The notes under the pieces: generated by a model | Database searches by the model: none | Seen by the model: the letters and a program-made list of their open reading frames with translations, nothing else | Told to the model about the DNA's origin: nothing | Assembly (NCBI GenBank): GCA_951406725.2 | Contig: OX597818.1 | Span: forward strand, 42,160,001-42,224,000 | Direction of reading: 5' to 3' | From: Octopus vulgaris | Taxonomy: Eukaryota | Length of the DNA: 64,000 nucleotides | Made by a program: the position numbers and the translations under genes | Shown: positions 24,135 through 52,456 of the stretch, piece after piece | Position numbering within the stretch: position 1 is the stretch's first letter | Layout: each line of letters opens with the position of its first letter

Positions 24135-25428
24135 TATATATATATATATCATCATCATCATCATCATTTAGCGTCCGTTTTCCATGCTAGCATGGGTTGG
24201 ACGGTTTAACTGGGGTCTGTGAAGCCGGAAGGCTTCATCAGGCCCAGTCAGATTTGGCAGTGTTTCTACGGCTAGATGCCCTTCCTAATGCCAACCACTC
24301 CGTATATATATATATATATATATATATACTTGAAAATGGACGTGTGGCGTTCGATCATATGATAATATGAATAATATATAAATATATCCACATATACATA
24401 TATGTCCATACCTACATATATATGTATATATACATGCATATATAGGTACAGGACATCAAAAAAAAAACGTCATCAAAATGTGAAATGAGAACATAAAAAA
24501 CAAAAACTTTCTTTCAAACAACCAAAGAAACGAATAGAGAAACGAGACAGGCAACATAAAGAATAATCCCTTCATCAGTTGTCCCCTGTTTTATCTACTC
24601 CGCGTTTCAAAGGTAGGGACAAGATGCAACTTCGTTAAAACAGTCCTTCCTGCAAAGCAAATTAAATAAAATTTGGGTTTTTTTGCGGAGGGTTAAAGAG
24701 ATATCTCAGTTAGAGAAGTACCTCAGGAGGGTTAAAGAGGTACATTTTAGCATTTAAACCAGTCATATGCAGCCCAAATATTGTATCTGTTTTATGTTCA
24801 GGGGAGGTCTCTCACACCTCCCTTACAATGTCATTCTAGAAATAAACAACCACATCGTTGAAATCTTGAAGCTATGGAATAATGTATGAAGAATACAAAA
24901 GAATGTGAATAAGTAAGCATTACATTTGATAGAATAAACTGAATGCTAAAGGGTTAAGGGAGATATAAGTCCTTGATTTTAGTTGGTTGAACAACCACAT
25001 AACCATATATATGCAAACTGGTGATAAGCCTACAGTATACAAATGTAAATATTTGTGCAACTTTATATATCAAGAAAAAAGTACTTTCAAAACAAACACA
25101 GAAAAAAATGTCAAAATATCTGTTTGTTAATTATCTGAGACATAGTCTCTCACACAAGAATATATAAATTGTTTTTTGTTGTTTTTTTTAAATGTTTCAA
25201 AAGTGAAACTAAAATGTTTTCTATATTACCAGGAAAAAAGAAAATGGTAAAAATTACACAAAAACTTTAGAAATTCACAGGAAATTTGTCTTGTGGCTGT
25301 TGGTGCTGCTACCCACAGTTGCTTTTGGAGTAAGAAAGGGAGAGAAAGAGAGTTTATTAAGAAATACATACGTGTGAAATTTAACTGGTGACCGCCTTTG
25401 CTGCCATCTGCAGTTGTTTTTAGCTTAA

Positions 25429-25640
25429 CCCTTTAGTGTTCACATTATTCTGCCAAAATTAATGCTTTTTTATTCACATTGTTTTGAACTAATCATGCAT
25501 TATCTTGTAGCTATGAGATTTTGATGAGGTAGCTGTTAATTTTTAAGATGATATTGTAGGGTTGGTGTGAGAGACCAGATATGGCCAGTTTGAACATAAA
25601 ACAAGCAAAATACTTTTGGGCCGGTTTAAATGCTAAAGGG
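25429..25640. mobile_element. piggyBac-type MITE
   Basis: TTAA|CCCTTTAG...CTAAAGGG|TTAA; related inverted copy at ~24740-24956; empty site in the paralogous segment at ~26468. Confidence 0.85.
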
Positions 25641-26815
25641 TTAAGGGGCAGAAAAAATAGGGTTTACTAGGAATTAAAAGTGGGGGAGAAAATTCCCTGA
25701 AGGGGGGAGAATCGCCGAGAGATAGATTTTAGTCTTAATAATTTTTATATACTTATTTTATGTGTGAGTACATATTTCTATATAACTCGTTTTTTTTTTT
25801 TTCTAATGTTTTGGTTGTCCAAATAGATGCAAAAAAAATTTATTTCGCTCTGAACTGAAACTTGTCAATGTATTGCAACTTGGGATAAAACTACATTTAG
25901 TAACTATGTAAACAATCAACTTTTCTTTTCTTTTTTTTAAATAGTGAAGGAAAGAGGTGAGAGAGGGAAGGCATTAAAAGTCCCTGAGTCACTTACAATT
26001 GATATTACCATTAACATTATACAGAGTACAATCAATATTTTCTATTTTTAACAGTGGAGGAAGTTTGATTGATAGAAAGTTTCTTATGTGTTTAAGATTT
26101 CATTCTGGGAGTCTTTCAAGGGTTTTACTCTACTTCTCCCATTTACCTTTATTTTCTTCTTTTTTTTTCCAGTACATATTCACCTAGCTTGTTAGTTCTT
26201 CATGTAGATGCAATTACTGTTTTCTCTACAAACTATATACAAGCCCTATTTTGTTCTTCTTGGGTGTGAATGTGAGATCTTTGGTCGTTTTTTCCTACGA
26301 CTTTATCACATTGGGATGATTTTAGAACAGTTTCCAATATGTTTCATCTCACCATGGCATCTTGCCACTAGTTTATTGTGTTGCCTTCAGAACTCAACCA
26401 TTGTTTAACACACACATGTGAAATTTGACAGGGGACTGCCTTTACTATCAATTGCATTTGTTTTTAGCTTAAGAGACAGAGAGAAATAGGGTTTGCTAGA
26501 AAATAAAAGAGAGGGAGAAAGTTCCCTGAAGAATCGCTGAGAGAGATTTTATTTTTTATATTTGTAATATACTGATTTTATTATACAAGTAGATATTTCT
26601 ATATAACTCATTCTAGAAATTTTTACTAGTGTGTGTGTGTGTTTACTAAGAAATTTAGAAATTCATTATCGAAATAAAATTTTTATTTATTAAACAAAAT
26701 ACGTCAAAGATATTTAATAATATTTTCATATGTCACACATATTTAACCAGAGGATTTTGAGGGTAATTATTAAACATTTTTATTAATCATTATTTTTCTC
26801 AACATTCTTTATAGT

Positions 26816-41426
<14,611 letters not shown>

Positions 41427-41464
41427 CTAGAAAAATAACATCATACATTTTACAAATGAATGTG

Positions 41465-41610
<146 letters not shown>

Positions 41611-41837
41611 CATACATATATGTAATACCTACATATATATGTATATATACATGCACAGGACATCAAAAAAACGTTGAACACAATGAGAAACGAAAACATA
41701 AAAACAAAACATAGAAAACGAACTTTTTTTCGAACAATGTAAGAAACAAACAGAGAAACGAGACATGCAACATAAAGAATATTCTCCCTGTTTCACCTAC
41801 TCCGCGTTCCGAAGGCATATATATATATGCATACATA

Positions 41838-42394
41838 CAGTAATGCCTCGATATACAAGTTAATTTGTTTCCGGAGACCGCTCGTAAGGCGAAAACTCAT
41901 AAAGCAGAGAAATAATTTCCCATAATAGCAATGTTATAAATCATAATTCGTTCCCAGAAAAATGTTTTACCTATAGCATTTATGAGACTCATAAATAAAT
42001 GGCAATAAAACAACAGTAGAATGTAAAGATTATTTTATGTAAAGTAAAAAGAATGTCAAGATAATTTATAATTAAAAAAATATTATTTTAATCGTTTTCT
42101 TAATCACTTTCACTTGCACTAGACTCGCGCACACCATCACTTGTAGACTCGATCGTCATTTCACAAACACTCGTAGACGGACTTATATGTTTCTTTAAAA
42201 AAGTCGAGTTGTTTGATTAGAAGAAGCTATTTTTGCTCTCTACAAATTTCTCAGTAATACGCAGAAGCATTTGTTATGAAACTTTTGCCACTTCGTTCAA
42301 AATTTAGATCTAGTGCTTGACAAATCTATTATACAATAAAACATGTAAACCCGGGGTCTCGTAAAGTTGATCCTCGTAAAGTGAGGTATTACTA
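41838..42394. mobile_element. Tigger-type MITE
   Basis: TA|CAGTAATGCCTCG...GTGAGGTATTACT(A)|TA. Confidence 0.65.
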
Positions 42395-42607
42395 TATATA
42401 TATTAAATAATAAGGGTGAAAAATTGAATATTAATTTGATTAATATCAATTTAAAACCAGTGGTCTAGCATATTAAAATCTGAAGAAGATTCAGTAAAAA
42501 TTATATTACATACATATAAGAGGGATGACCACTTTGTAGAACTGTATAATCTTCAATCTCATGCGGACGTTTCGTGTATATTTCTGTAAATTATATTTGC
42601 AAAGACG

Positions 42608-42666
42608 ATCATACTGATGAGCTACGGACAATTACGTAAGTGGTAATAGCGAAACCGGTTTGTGAT
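42608..42666 (+). ncRNA. Type I hammerhead ribozyme in a Penelope-like remnant
   Basis: Stem I AUCAUA/UGUGAU, core CUGAUGA, stem II GCUA/UAGC (extended by AUUAC/GUAAU), GAAA, palindromic mini stem III AC-CG-GU, GUU cleavage triplet. Confidence 0.75.
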
Positions 42667-42824
42667 TAATCAATATTTTATTTCTTTTCATTTGTTTTGC
42701 TCGCTTACGTTCTGGTGCTTACTAAATTTCCTTGAGAACATTTCTTTCTTAGTGGTAAGACCATAGCGGATCTACTTCTAGTATAATGGATGTCCACATA
42801 GTGGTCATCCCTCTTATATGTATG

Positions 42825-42881
<57 letters not shown>

Positions 42882-43492
42882 ATGTATGTATAAGTGTATA
42901 TGTGTATGTGTGTGTGTATGTATATACATCTGTGTATGTATGTACGTATACATGTATGTATATACTTATGCATGCATGATATTTGATTTATCGGAATTTG
43001 CTCCGCTTCTAGAGAAGAAAGAGCAATTGTTTAGAGACAATTGGAACCAACTCTAAATGAGCAGGGGAGATAATCTCGAGAATAAAAAATTCTCTGAAAC
43101 TGAAATGCCATTAAAGAAAAGACAGTCTGATAATCTGGAAACAAGAGGACAGCAATAGATAGGTATTTCTGTCTCAGTAGTATTCATCAACAAAGCAGTT
43201 GCCCCTCTTATCTCCAGCAGAACAAGAAACTTAGATATACAAAAAAAAAAAAAAAAAGAACACAATTATGACCAAGGTATTCTGTATAATTGAAACGAAA
43301 GTGCAATAAGGAAAATAACTAAGAGAGGCCAGAGTCATGTATTTGAACAACAAGGATGAGTAAAGGTACTATATAAGATAGACTCTTGATTTTGTGAAAA
43401 ATATTTCCGCTTCCTGAGAACATGGAACAATCATTCGGTGACCATTATGATTAAGACGTGTGTGTGTGTGCGCGCGGGGGGGGGGGTACATA

Positions 43493-43617
43493 CGCACTAT
43501 TTGTATACAGTCCCCAAATCCCATTCAGGAGTGATCGATATCGGTTTTTTCCCATTTCTGTGGCTTCTCAACATCACGCACCTGAATCGAATCAATGACT
43601 GTATACAAATAGTGGGT
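43493..43617. mobile_element. Small TA-flanked MITE
   Basis: TIR c(g/c)cactatttgtatacagtc ... gactgtatacaaatagtggg, flanked by TA. Confidence 0.6.
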
Positions 43618-43644
43618 ATATACTCCCCGCGCGCGCGCGCACAC

Positions 43645-44369
43645 ATATATAAACGGCAAAATGTCTGTCTGTGTGTGTGTGTGTCCTTTATACAAATCCA
43701 CAATTTTTCAGTTAGAGGGCTCGCACTTTCTATGGTCATTCAAAACCGTCAAAGGGTGGTTGTGAAGATCTTTTCATTTCCCAGTTACCACTGAAAGCCA
43801 TTTAAAAAAATCGATAAACCGACCACTTATGTTTCAGGTAACAAAAGTCTTTAATACAAAGATCGTAACTCATTTAATCCAGCAGTTTAATCTAAAGATA
43901 TTAAACCATAGCAAGGGAAAAAAACTCTTTAAAACTCTGCATTTCCCTTCCTTTGTTATGTATCACACCTCAATACTGTACCAGACCAATTTATCCAATT
44001 TAGGACCGGAACTGTCTCGGATTTCTGGATTTTCCAGTTTCCCAGAGAATTTCTAAACGTTTGCTTAAAATCTCTATCTATAAATGGCAAAATGTCTGTT
44101 TTTTGATTGGACGGAGATAATTTTACACCTGACAGTTGGATGCGCGTGCGCATTTGCAGACAGTCTGTATGACTCTGCGCATTTTTGTGTTTTGCGAAGA
44201 CGCGTTATCATGTGTTTTGGCTTTCAAACGTGCACGCATTTTTTATCTTAGAAATGTAGGGAATAATTAACGAGTTAGACCAAGTGAATGACAAGAGAGA
44301 GGAATTTTCATGAAAAACCAAATATGCTTGATTAGCACTAGACCCGACAACGCCGGGTCATAGTGCTAG
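43645..44369 (+). mobile_element. Non-autonomous Helitron (two 5' ends, one 3' end)
   Basis: TATATAAACGGCAAAATGTCTG at 43646 and a variant at ~44071; 3' hairpin GACCCGACAACGCCGGGTC followed by GCTAG|T. Confidence 0.75.
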
Positions 44370-44371
44370 TA

Positions 44372-44420
<49 letters not shown>

Positions 44421-46583
44421 TGGGACAAGAACGCAAAACATCCAGACAGTTAGGTGATACAAAAATGGGACAACAAAACATCCAGAGAGACGATACAAAG
44501 AAGACAAGGACGGGTCATTTGAAGTTTTCTTTCCTCAGTCAAGTACCAGATTAGATTATCTTCGCAATTTCGGCTGATTATACTTGAGATTGCTCCAATC
44601 TAGCTAGTCCCAAGAAACAACTAAGCTAAGAGCATTAGATTCCTTGGAAGAAAGCAACAAATGTATACAAAAACAAGGAGGGAAAAAACGGACAATGTTA
44701 CACAAATACAATAAAAATAATAACAGGACATAACAACAGGTGTCTTTCGACTAAAGACGAATTAAATTAAGCTGGCGTGTGTGGAAATGAAGCCTTACGG
44801 CAGGGATACAAGATTTCACAGACACAGGGAGGAATATTGATATTGCACGGACAATGGCCAGATCAAGAAAGAAAGAACATGCTTGGTCGAACGCGACATC
44901 TTTCTCTTTACATCGATAAGCTAGCTGGCAACCTGCTTACTGATAGTGATGTTGGATCAATAGCGGTTGTGTCATTGTCATTGTCATGAATAGAACTCAG
45001 CCTTGACATCAGGATAAGAACCGTAAAGACCATCAATAATTTTCTTTGAAAACTTATTGTAGCTTCAGTCAAAAACACCATTGCACGAAACACTTCATGT
45101 GAATCAAAAGGATTGAATTATATGAAAAGCAGTTCAAACACTTAGAAGTGCTTCTTAACATCGGCTACAGAAACGACTGTCGATATAAATTGTATAGCAC
45201 TACACTTGTTCAATAAATGAATCTCAAGGAATGCTTGCATTGTATTTGTTTAGACCTATCTATATATTAAATCTCTTTCTCTGTCTCTGCCTCTCTCTCT
45301 CACTCTCTCTCTCTGTATTTATAATACAACAAGAAGTAACGTGGTACAATAATACTAACGGGATATGTGAATATTTCACAGAATTAACGGTATACTTAAT
45401 GGGTTATTTCTGAAAACATTATACAAAAATATCTGAAATGATAGCCTGTGTTGTGCCTGTATCAAAAAAAAGATAGTTACTCATCTGCTACTCATTGAAA
45501 AGTGAGAAAAATTGGAATACGACGATTACTTAATGCACTTTATATATACGCTTTATATATGCACAATTTTATAGACTTAATACACAGCACTCTCCCACTT
45601 TCTCACTCACTCTTCCCCTTGCCCTTTTTTCTCTCTCCTTTTTCTTTCGCTCTTTGCCTTTCCCTTCGACTAATCACGTCAAAGCGTACCAGACGGGCTA
45701 AGCATCGGAGGAAAAGAAGTTAATTTTTTTTTAAATTACACATTTCATGCACCACCACTTCCACCTCCACCTCTCGCCTACCCTTCCACATCCCTCCCAT
45801 CCTCTCCTTCCCCTTCAACTAATCTCGTGGAAGCGTTACGGACGGGCTAGGTAACGGAGGAACAAACAGAATTATTATAAGAGTGGTGAATCTAAAAATC
45901 GCTTATTTATTTATTTATTTGTTTGTTGCTATTCCCTGTCAGAATTGCTTCATTTACTGAAAATGCAGAAATATTTTTAATTACGGAAAAGTGTAACCAT
46001 CTCTAAGTAGAAATCCATTCGTCCCCACCACCCGTAGATATAAAGAGAGCGGAATCTGTAACCCACTTCCAGAATTTAGCGGTCGATTTTGCCTTTCATC
46101 CTTTCAGGGGCGATAAATTAAGTACCAGAGGCGCACTGGGGTCGATGTAATCGACTTAATCCCTTTGTCTGTCCTTGCTTGTCTTCTCTATGTTTAGCCC
46201 TTTGTAGGCAATAAAGAAATAAGTAATGGCTCCAAATTTTGGCCCAAAGCCAGCAATTTTAGAGGATGGGTAAGTCGATAACACCGATCCTAGTGTTTAA
46301 CAGGTGCTTATTTCATCGACCCCGAAAGGATGAAAGGCAAAATCTATCTCGAAGAAGTGCTGCTAAGCATGTTGTCCGGTGTGCTAACGATTGTGACAGC
46401 TGGCCACCTTCCATAATATATAATATTGTTCAATACTAATAGCTGATTCATTACTTAGTAACAATCCGGTAATTAGGCAGCTACGTATGATGCAATCAAA
46501 CTAGGTATTCGCATACATTTGCAGTTCTGCAGTCACCTATGGATACGACACACACGCGCATAGACACGCGCATACACGAGTAG

Positions 46584-46640
<57 letters not shown>

Positions 46641-46705
46641 TACACTATGATTTCACTTAGGCATAGCGATACTAATAACCACTTATTAAAAGTCAATAAA
46701 TATAA

Positions 46706-46937
46706 GGCTGCGAGCTGGCAGAAACGTTAGCACGCCGGGCGAAATGCTTAGCAGTATTTCGTCTGCCGCTACGTTCTGAGTTCAAATTCCGCCGAGGTCG
46801 ACTTTGCCTTTCATCCTTTCGGGGTCGATAAATTAAGTATCAGTTATGCACTGGGGTCGATGTAATCGACTTAATCCGTTTGTCTATCCTTGTTTGTCCC
46901 CTCTGTGTGTAACCCCTTGTGGGCAGTAAAGAAATAA
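46706..46937 (+). mobile_element. SINE family A
   Basis: Full-length monomer; TSD aagtcaata. Confidence 0.9.
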
Positions 46938-46976
46938 GAAGTCAATATGTATATGCATTAGAATAAAGCTCTAGGC

Positions 46977-47068
46977 CAGTGGTTCTCAACCTGGGGTCCC
47001 GGAACTCTGGAGGTCCGCAAAGGTAGTACTGGGGATCCGAACCACTGTGGAAAGGTTGGGAACCACTG
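46977..47068. mobile_element. hAT (Charlie/MER5-like) mini-MITE
   Basis: TIR CAGTGGTTCTCAACCT / AGGTTGGGAACCACTG; degenerate 8-bp TSD ctctaggc/cacaaggc. Confidence 0.7.
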
Positions 47069-47317
47069 CACAAGGCAAATACGAAATACAATATACATTA
47101 TTGAAGGATAAGGGAACTAAAATTATGTAATTAACTTCTTACGGCTGTTTCTGCTGTAAGAAGCTGTGCACTCAGAACTGAGTGCTTGTGCCACGCCTTA
47201 TAGCCTATTTTAATGGTTCTGAAAAAGCTAGAAGATATTGCACAGATGCTTCTTATCACAGAAATATCTGTAAGCTAATGAAGTTGATTTCGTAGTTCCT
47301 CTTCCCCTGTCATTCAA

Positions 47318-47348
<31 letters not shown>

Positions 47349-47414
47349 CATACATACATACATACATACATACATACATACATACATACATACATACATA
47401 CATACATACATACA

Positions 47415-48720
47415 CGTGTCACTAAAGAATATTACAGCCGAATAAAGAAAATATGGACCTCAGATCTCTCTGCATTCCATAACACAATGGCCTACAATGT
47501 GTTTGCAGTGCCAGTACTCATACCAACATTTGGGCGGCTAGACTAGACTCTTGATGAGATCCGAGCCATTGATGTGAAAACCTGAAAAATACTTAACAAG
47601 CACACATGTTTTCCGCATAAACAGTGAAGTAGACTGCTTCTACCTAAAACGTAAACAAGGTTGCAGAGGCTTGCCATCGATCCAAAATGCCTTTGAATGT
47701 TGCAACATATCCTTTTGGCAATATCTTTTAACCACCAAGTGTCGAAATGCATCCCTTGATCAAATGTGCATACATGAGGCTGATAATATCATAAGGCTTG
47801 GAAGGCAGCTCCTTGAGTAACACTCTTTGTCTGATAACCTAGAATACATGCCCAAAGAAGTCGCACGATTCTACCGCAACATATCATCAGCTGAAAGGAT
47901 GAGACTATATGAGCAGAAGACTATGCATGTATATGTTAGTAGAAAGTTTCATGATGATAGTAACAGCGATCATCAAAGCAGTTTATCATGGACCAATAGC
48001 CGGATTACTACCTCCCACTTTGAAGGGTATGCGTTTGCAGTCCAGGAACAGGAAATATCAACCAAGTACCTGATGCACAAAAGGGATAGAGATGCAGGAA
48101 AAGCAGTAAAATGTGACAACCGATGCAGACATTGTGGAGTTTACACTGAAGATATTACCCACATCATAAGCAGTTGTCCGAAAATGTCATCATGGTATTA
48201 TCTACTGATGTGACAAGATGTAGCGAGGACACTCTATAATGAAATCCGTCGGAAGGATAATCCTGAAGACAAAGAAATAAGAACCTGCAATATGGTAGAA
48301 GCCATAGCCACTCATAATAAAAAGGAATACTAGTGGAATGTACCAGTGAAGACCTCAATGAAATATAAGCACAACAAACCTGATATAATGATTTGGGATA
48401 GAGAAGAGAAACTGTGCACAGTTGTGGAAATTAGGTGCTCAGCGGATATTAACATAAAGCTGAAGATCAGTTAAAAAGAGAACATCTATGCTGAACTATT
48501 GATAAATCTGAAGTTACACTATCCGAATTACAAGTTCAGGTTTATACCTGTAATTATTGGAGTCCTGTGATATGCAGGCTTCTAAAAACCAGAAAGGAGA
48601 AAGTTAATTCGAAGACTACAGATCCAATCCATCACTGGAACTGAAAAAATCTGTAAAACTTTCCAGAAGTTTATTATTTAAATATATATGAGCGTGTCTA
48701 GATATGCAACTATATACACG
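47415..48720 (+). mobile_element. 5'-truncated R4/Dong-like non-LTR retrotransposon (restriction-like endonuclease)
   Basis: EGYAFAVQEQEISTKY...CRHCGVYTEDITHIISSC (CCHC knuckle) ...KPDIMIWDREEKLCTVVEI (PD-D/E). Flanked by (TACA)n on both sides. Confidence 0.85.
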
Positions 48721-48811
48721 AGAATACATACATAAAACATACAAATCTGCACATACATACATACATACATACATACAAATCTGCACATACATACATACAT
48801 ACATACATACA

Positions 48812-48842
<31 letters not shown>

Positions 48843-48879
48843 GAAAAGCTTCTTGACACAAATGTTAAGAACAAAGTAC

Positions 48880-49350
48880 AACTAGAAAAGTTGTACAAGA
48901 CTTAGAAAGCAGACTTGCAAAAAGAACTCGGGAGGCTTAAAGACACTTGGTGGAAAAATTTGTCTGACGAAGTACAGGCAGCCTATGACAGGAAAAACAC
49001 TAAAAGTTTTTTATAGTTCATTGCGGCAAGCTTTTGGACCGCAATCTTCACCATATGTTCCCTTGAAGTCAAAAGATGGAAATGAGGTTATTAAAGATCC
49101 TCCTGGAATAATGAATAGATGGAGAGAACACTTTGCAGATCTTTCCCACAATCAGTCAATAGTGAACATGGATATCATAAACAACATTCCGTAAAGAGAG
49201 ATAGTGTAACACATGAACGATACACCTTCCACTGAAGAAATAAATCTGACATTATGTAAACTGAGACCCGGTAAAGCTCCTGGATTGGGTGGTATTCCAG
49301 TTGAAATTCTGAAAGAAGGTGGGATCATATTTCATCTAAAATTCATAGCC
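48880..49350 (+). mobile_element. RTE-like LINE internal fragment
   Basis: FYSSLRQAFGP...PLKSKDGNEVIKD...MNRWREHF...KLRPGKAPGLGGIPVEILK. Confidence 0.8.
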
Positions 49351-49559
49351 TGTTAACAGTGAAGGTGTCGCGCACGGTAGGGCAGGTAGGGGATAACTGA
49401 TCAAGCTCCGGCAGGTCGTCATCAAGCTATAGATCAGGACCAAAATCGCAGTCAAAAGTGCAAAAGAAAAAGAATGAAATGGGGGCGGGGTAATCAAAAT
49501 AGTAATAGAATGCTAGCTGAGAAGTTAACCAAATAAAAGAGGCTTCATGAATCAAATGA

Positions 49560-50625
49560 AGAGAATACGGGATGAAAAAGGAGGTTTTGAAGCATCCGCC
49601 CAGCAATTGATAAACCAAGCAAGAGTAATCAGTATGAACGACTGGATTACGGGAGTAGAGATTGAAGAAATTCAGAGAAACAATAAAAAGAAAAAGAACA
49701 GGAGAGTGAAACTGCAGTAGCAGAAAGCAGTAATGAAGGGGTAAGAGATGAAGAACATAAAACAGATGGAAACCGCAGAGTATCGGAAATCCAAACTAAA
49801 ACTGGAACAGCAACGGATCATGATAAAACGGTGGCAAGAGAAGTCCGTTGATAATAAATACTTTGTTAAACTAAACAGAAAAGTAATAGACTAAGCAAAA
49901 TCCCAATAAGGGCTGAGAAGCTCAGGACTCAAAGCAGAGACTGAAGGATATTTAATTGCAGCACAAGATCAAAACCTTGTCACCAGAAATTACTAAAAAC
50001 GTATAATGAAAAGAAATACAACTGCAGAATATGAGGAGATGGAGAAGAAACGATTAAAAATTGTCTATTCACAGACACGAAAGAGTGGGGACCTATATAC
50101 AGTGGACACTATGGAATAACAACAGAAAAAAAGATGGTATAGGCACACGCTAGAAAAGGTCACAGAAAATGAAAAAGCAACCAAACTCTGGAATATGCCA
50201 TTACACACAGATAGAGAAATTTAGGCCAATAGGCCGGATATAGTTGTCAGAGATCACAAAGAACAAAAAAATGCTTTCTAATCGATGTATCAATACCAAC
50301 AGATAACAATGTTTTTCTAAAAGAAACGGTGAAACTTTCAAAATACAAAGACCTGGAATTAGAGGTAACTCGAATGTGGAGTCTAAAAACAGAAACAATT
50401 CTGATCATAGTAGGCGCATTAGATATGATAAAAAAATATTCATACAAATACATCCCAAAAATCCAGGACTAATAAGTATATATAATATACAGAAAATAGT
50501 ACTACTAGGCACTGCGCACATCCGGCGTAAAACACTTTCAGTACAGTAAAAATAAGAGCATCACAACAAGCCACACAGAGCTACGATCGGTAGTGCAGTG
50601 AAAGCATAGGATAAAAATAAGACTA

Positions 50626-50708
<83 letters not shown>
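49560..50708 (+). mobile_element. Second R4/Dong-like retrotransposon 3' fragment with (TAA)n tail
   Basis: SSGLKAETEGYLIAAQDQ...HTDREI*ANRPDIVVRDHK..FLIDVSIPTDNN...KLSKYKDLELEVTRMW...IIVGAL, then (TAA)n at 50630-50708. Confidence 0.85.
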
Positions 50709-50709
<1 letters not shown>

Positions 50710-51021
50710 CCTTTCTACTATAGGCACAAGGGCTGAAATTTTGGGGAGGAACTAGTCGATTATATCGACCCCAGTGTTTCACTAGTACCCCGAAAGGATA
50801 AAAGCAAACTCAACCCCGGCGGAATTTGATCTCAGAACGTAGCGATGGATGAAATACCTATTTCTTGCTACCCACAATGGGCTAAACAAAGAGAGGACAA
50901 ACAAGGACAGACAAACGGATTAAGTCGATTATATCGACCCCAGTGCGTAACTGGTATCGACCCCGAAAGAAGAAGAAGAAGAAGAAGAAGAATACTGATA
51001 AAAAGAACAACAAATATGTGA

Positions 51022-51132
<111 letters not shown>

Positions 51133-52098
51133 TGATACCTTATTCTAAAGTAACCTGGTATCACAGTTCATTAAACCATTTTCATAGCCGAACAACTGCA
51201 GGACACTATGCTACACAGAAGCAAACAAAAAGGCATATGTACTAAGCCAAAGAATAACAAGACATAAGACAAGATATAAGGCTCCGCTACTTTGTTTTAC
51301 ATGTCTATGTATATAGTTAAATATCGTTAATTCTATTAATAAAATAAGTAGTTTATATTGGGGGTAGGGTATTTGACGAAGTTCATGGCGGTATTTTGTT
51401 CAATTTTTGTTCCTCTAAGTCACAGCAGTAATATAATCTGCCACGGGTCCATTTTATAAACTACTCAGTTAAATGGGTTAAATCCAGATTATGTATTTCT
51501 CTGATTCTTTGGAATAAGATGATTGGGTGCGAGTGTTTGGATGTTGGCGATTTGCCACGGCTGACTGAACATTGAAACTGCTTTGGCGGAATCTAGTTCA
51601 CAAAATCTGCATTATTTAAAAGGAAGTAAAAAAATCTGAAAATCGGCTATACTAATGTAGTTTTCCACTCTTATTGCTATGAAGGTATGATGTTGTGGAA
51701 AAAAGGATTGGAGGAAAAAGTTACAGAGGTTTAAAATCTAAAAAAAAAAACTGTGTATTTTTAGTCAATAACGAAGCAAATTTTCTGCGTTTAGCGGATC
51801 GGTGTCAACTTTAAGGTTGTACCCTGTGAAGATTATAGTTTGGCATCTGTGAAATGACCTGTTCATTGTAAGTTTCTAAATAAACAGAAATGCCTAATTT
51901 CATTGTAGGTTTCTAAACAGAAATACCTAATAAAATCAACGTGTATCATCTTTCTGTTTTTTCTGTCTCTTCATTGATTGTATGTTTTTATCATTTTTAA
52001 AATTTGTTATTTTAATATATTTCTCTGCATGTGTTTACTTTATGCATATTTCAGTATTATGTATACCTGTCAAGTATTTGTGTACATCATTAATATAT

Positions 52099-52173
<75 letters not shown>

Positions 52174-52456
52174 TGTGTGTGTGAAAGGGGACGTCTGTCT
52201 CCAAAACTCCAAAGTTTTCATTAATAGAATGCAAAAACTAAATTGCTCAATTACCAGAATACTTTCTGCCTTCTATTTTGACCAATACGTATTGTGCCAA
52301 TAGGTAATCTCTACAAGCTTACGATGAAACCTCTACAAGCCAGCGAGAGAACTTTTACTTGGTCACCCGAACTGCTAGAAATAGCAATCAAATTTCCCTT
52401 TAATCACATCCTATGTTCTTAAAGAAATACAATACGGTTATTTAAGTTCTAAATAC

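Noticed and set aside
43495-43615. CACTA (EnSpm) element suggested by CACTA...TAGTG
   Set aside because: No 3-bp TSD; the inverted repeat extends two more bases to TA flanks, fitting a Tc1/mariner-type MITE better.
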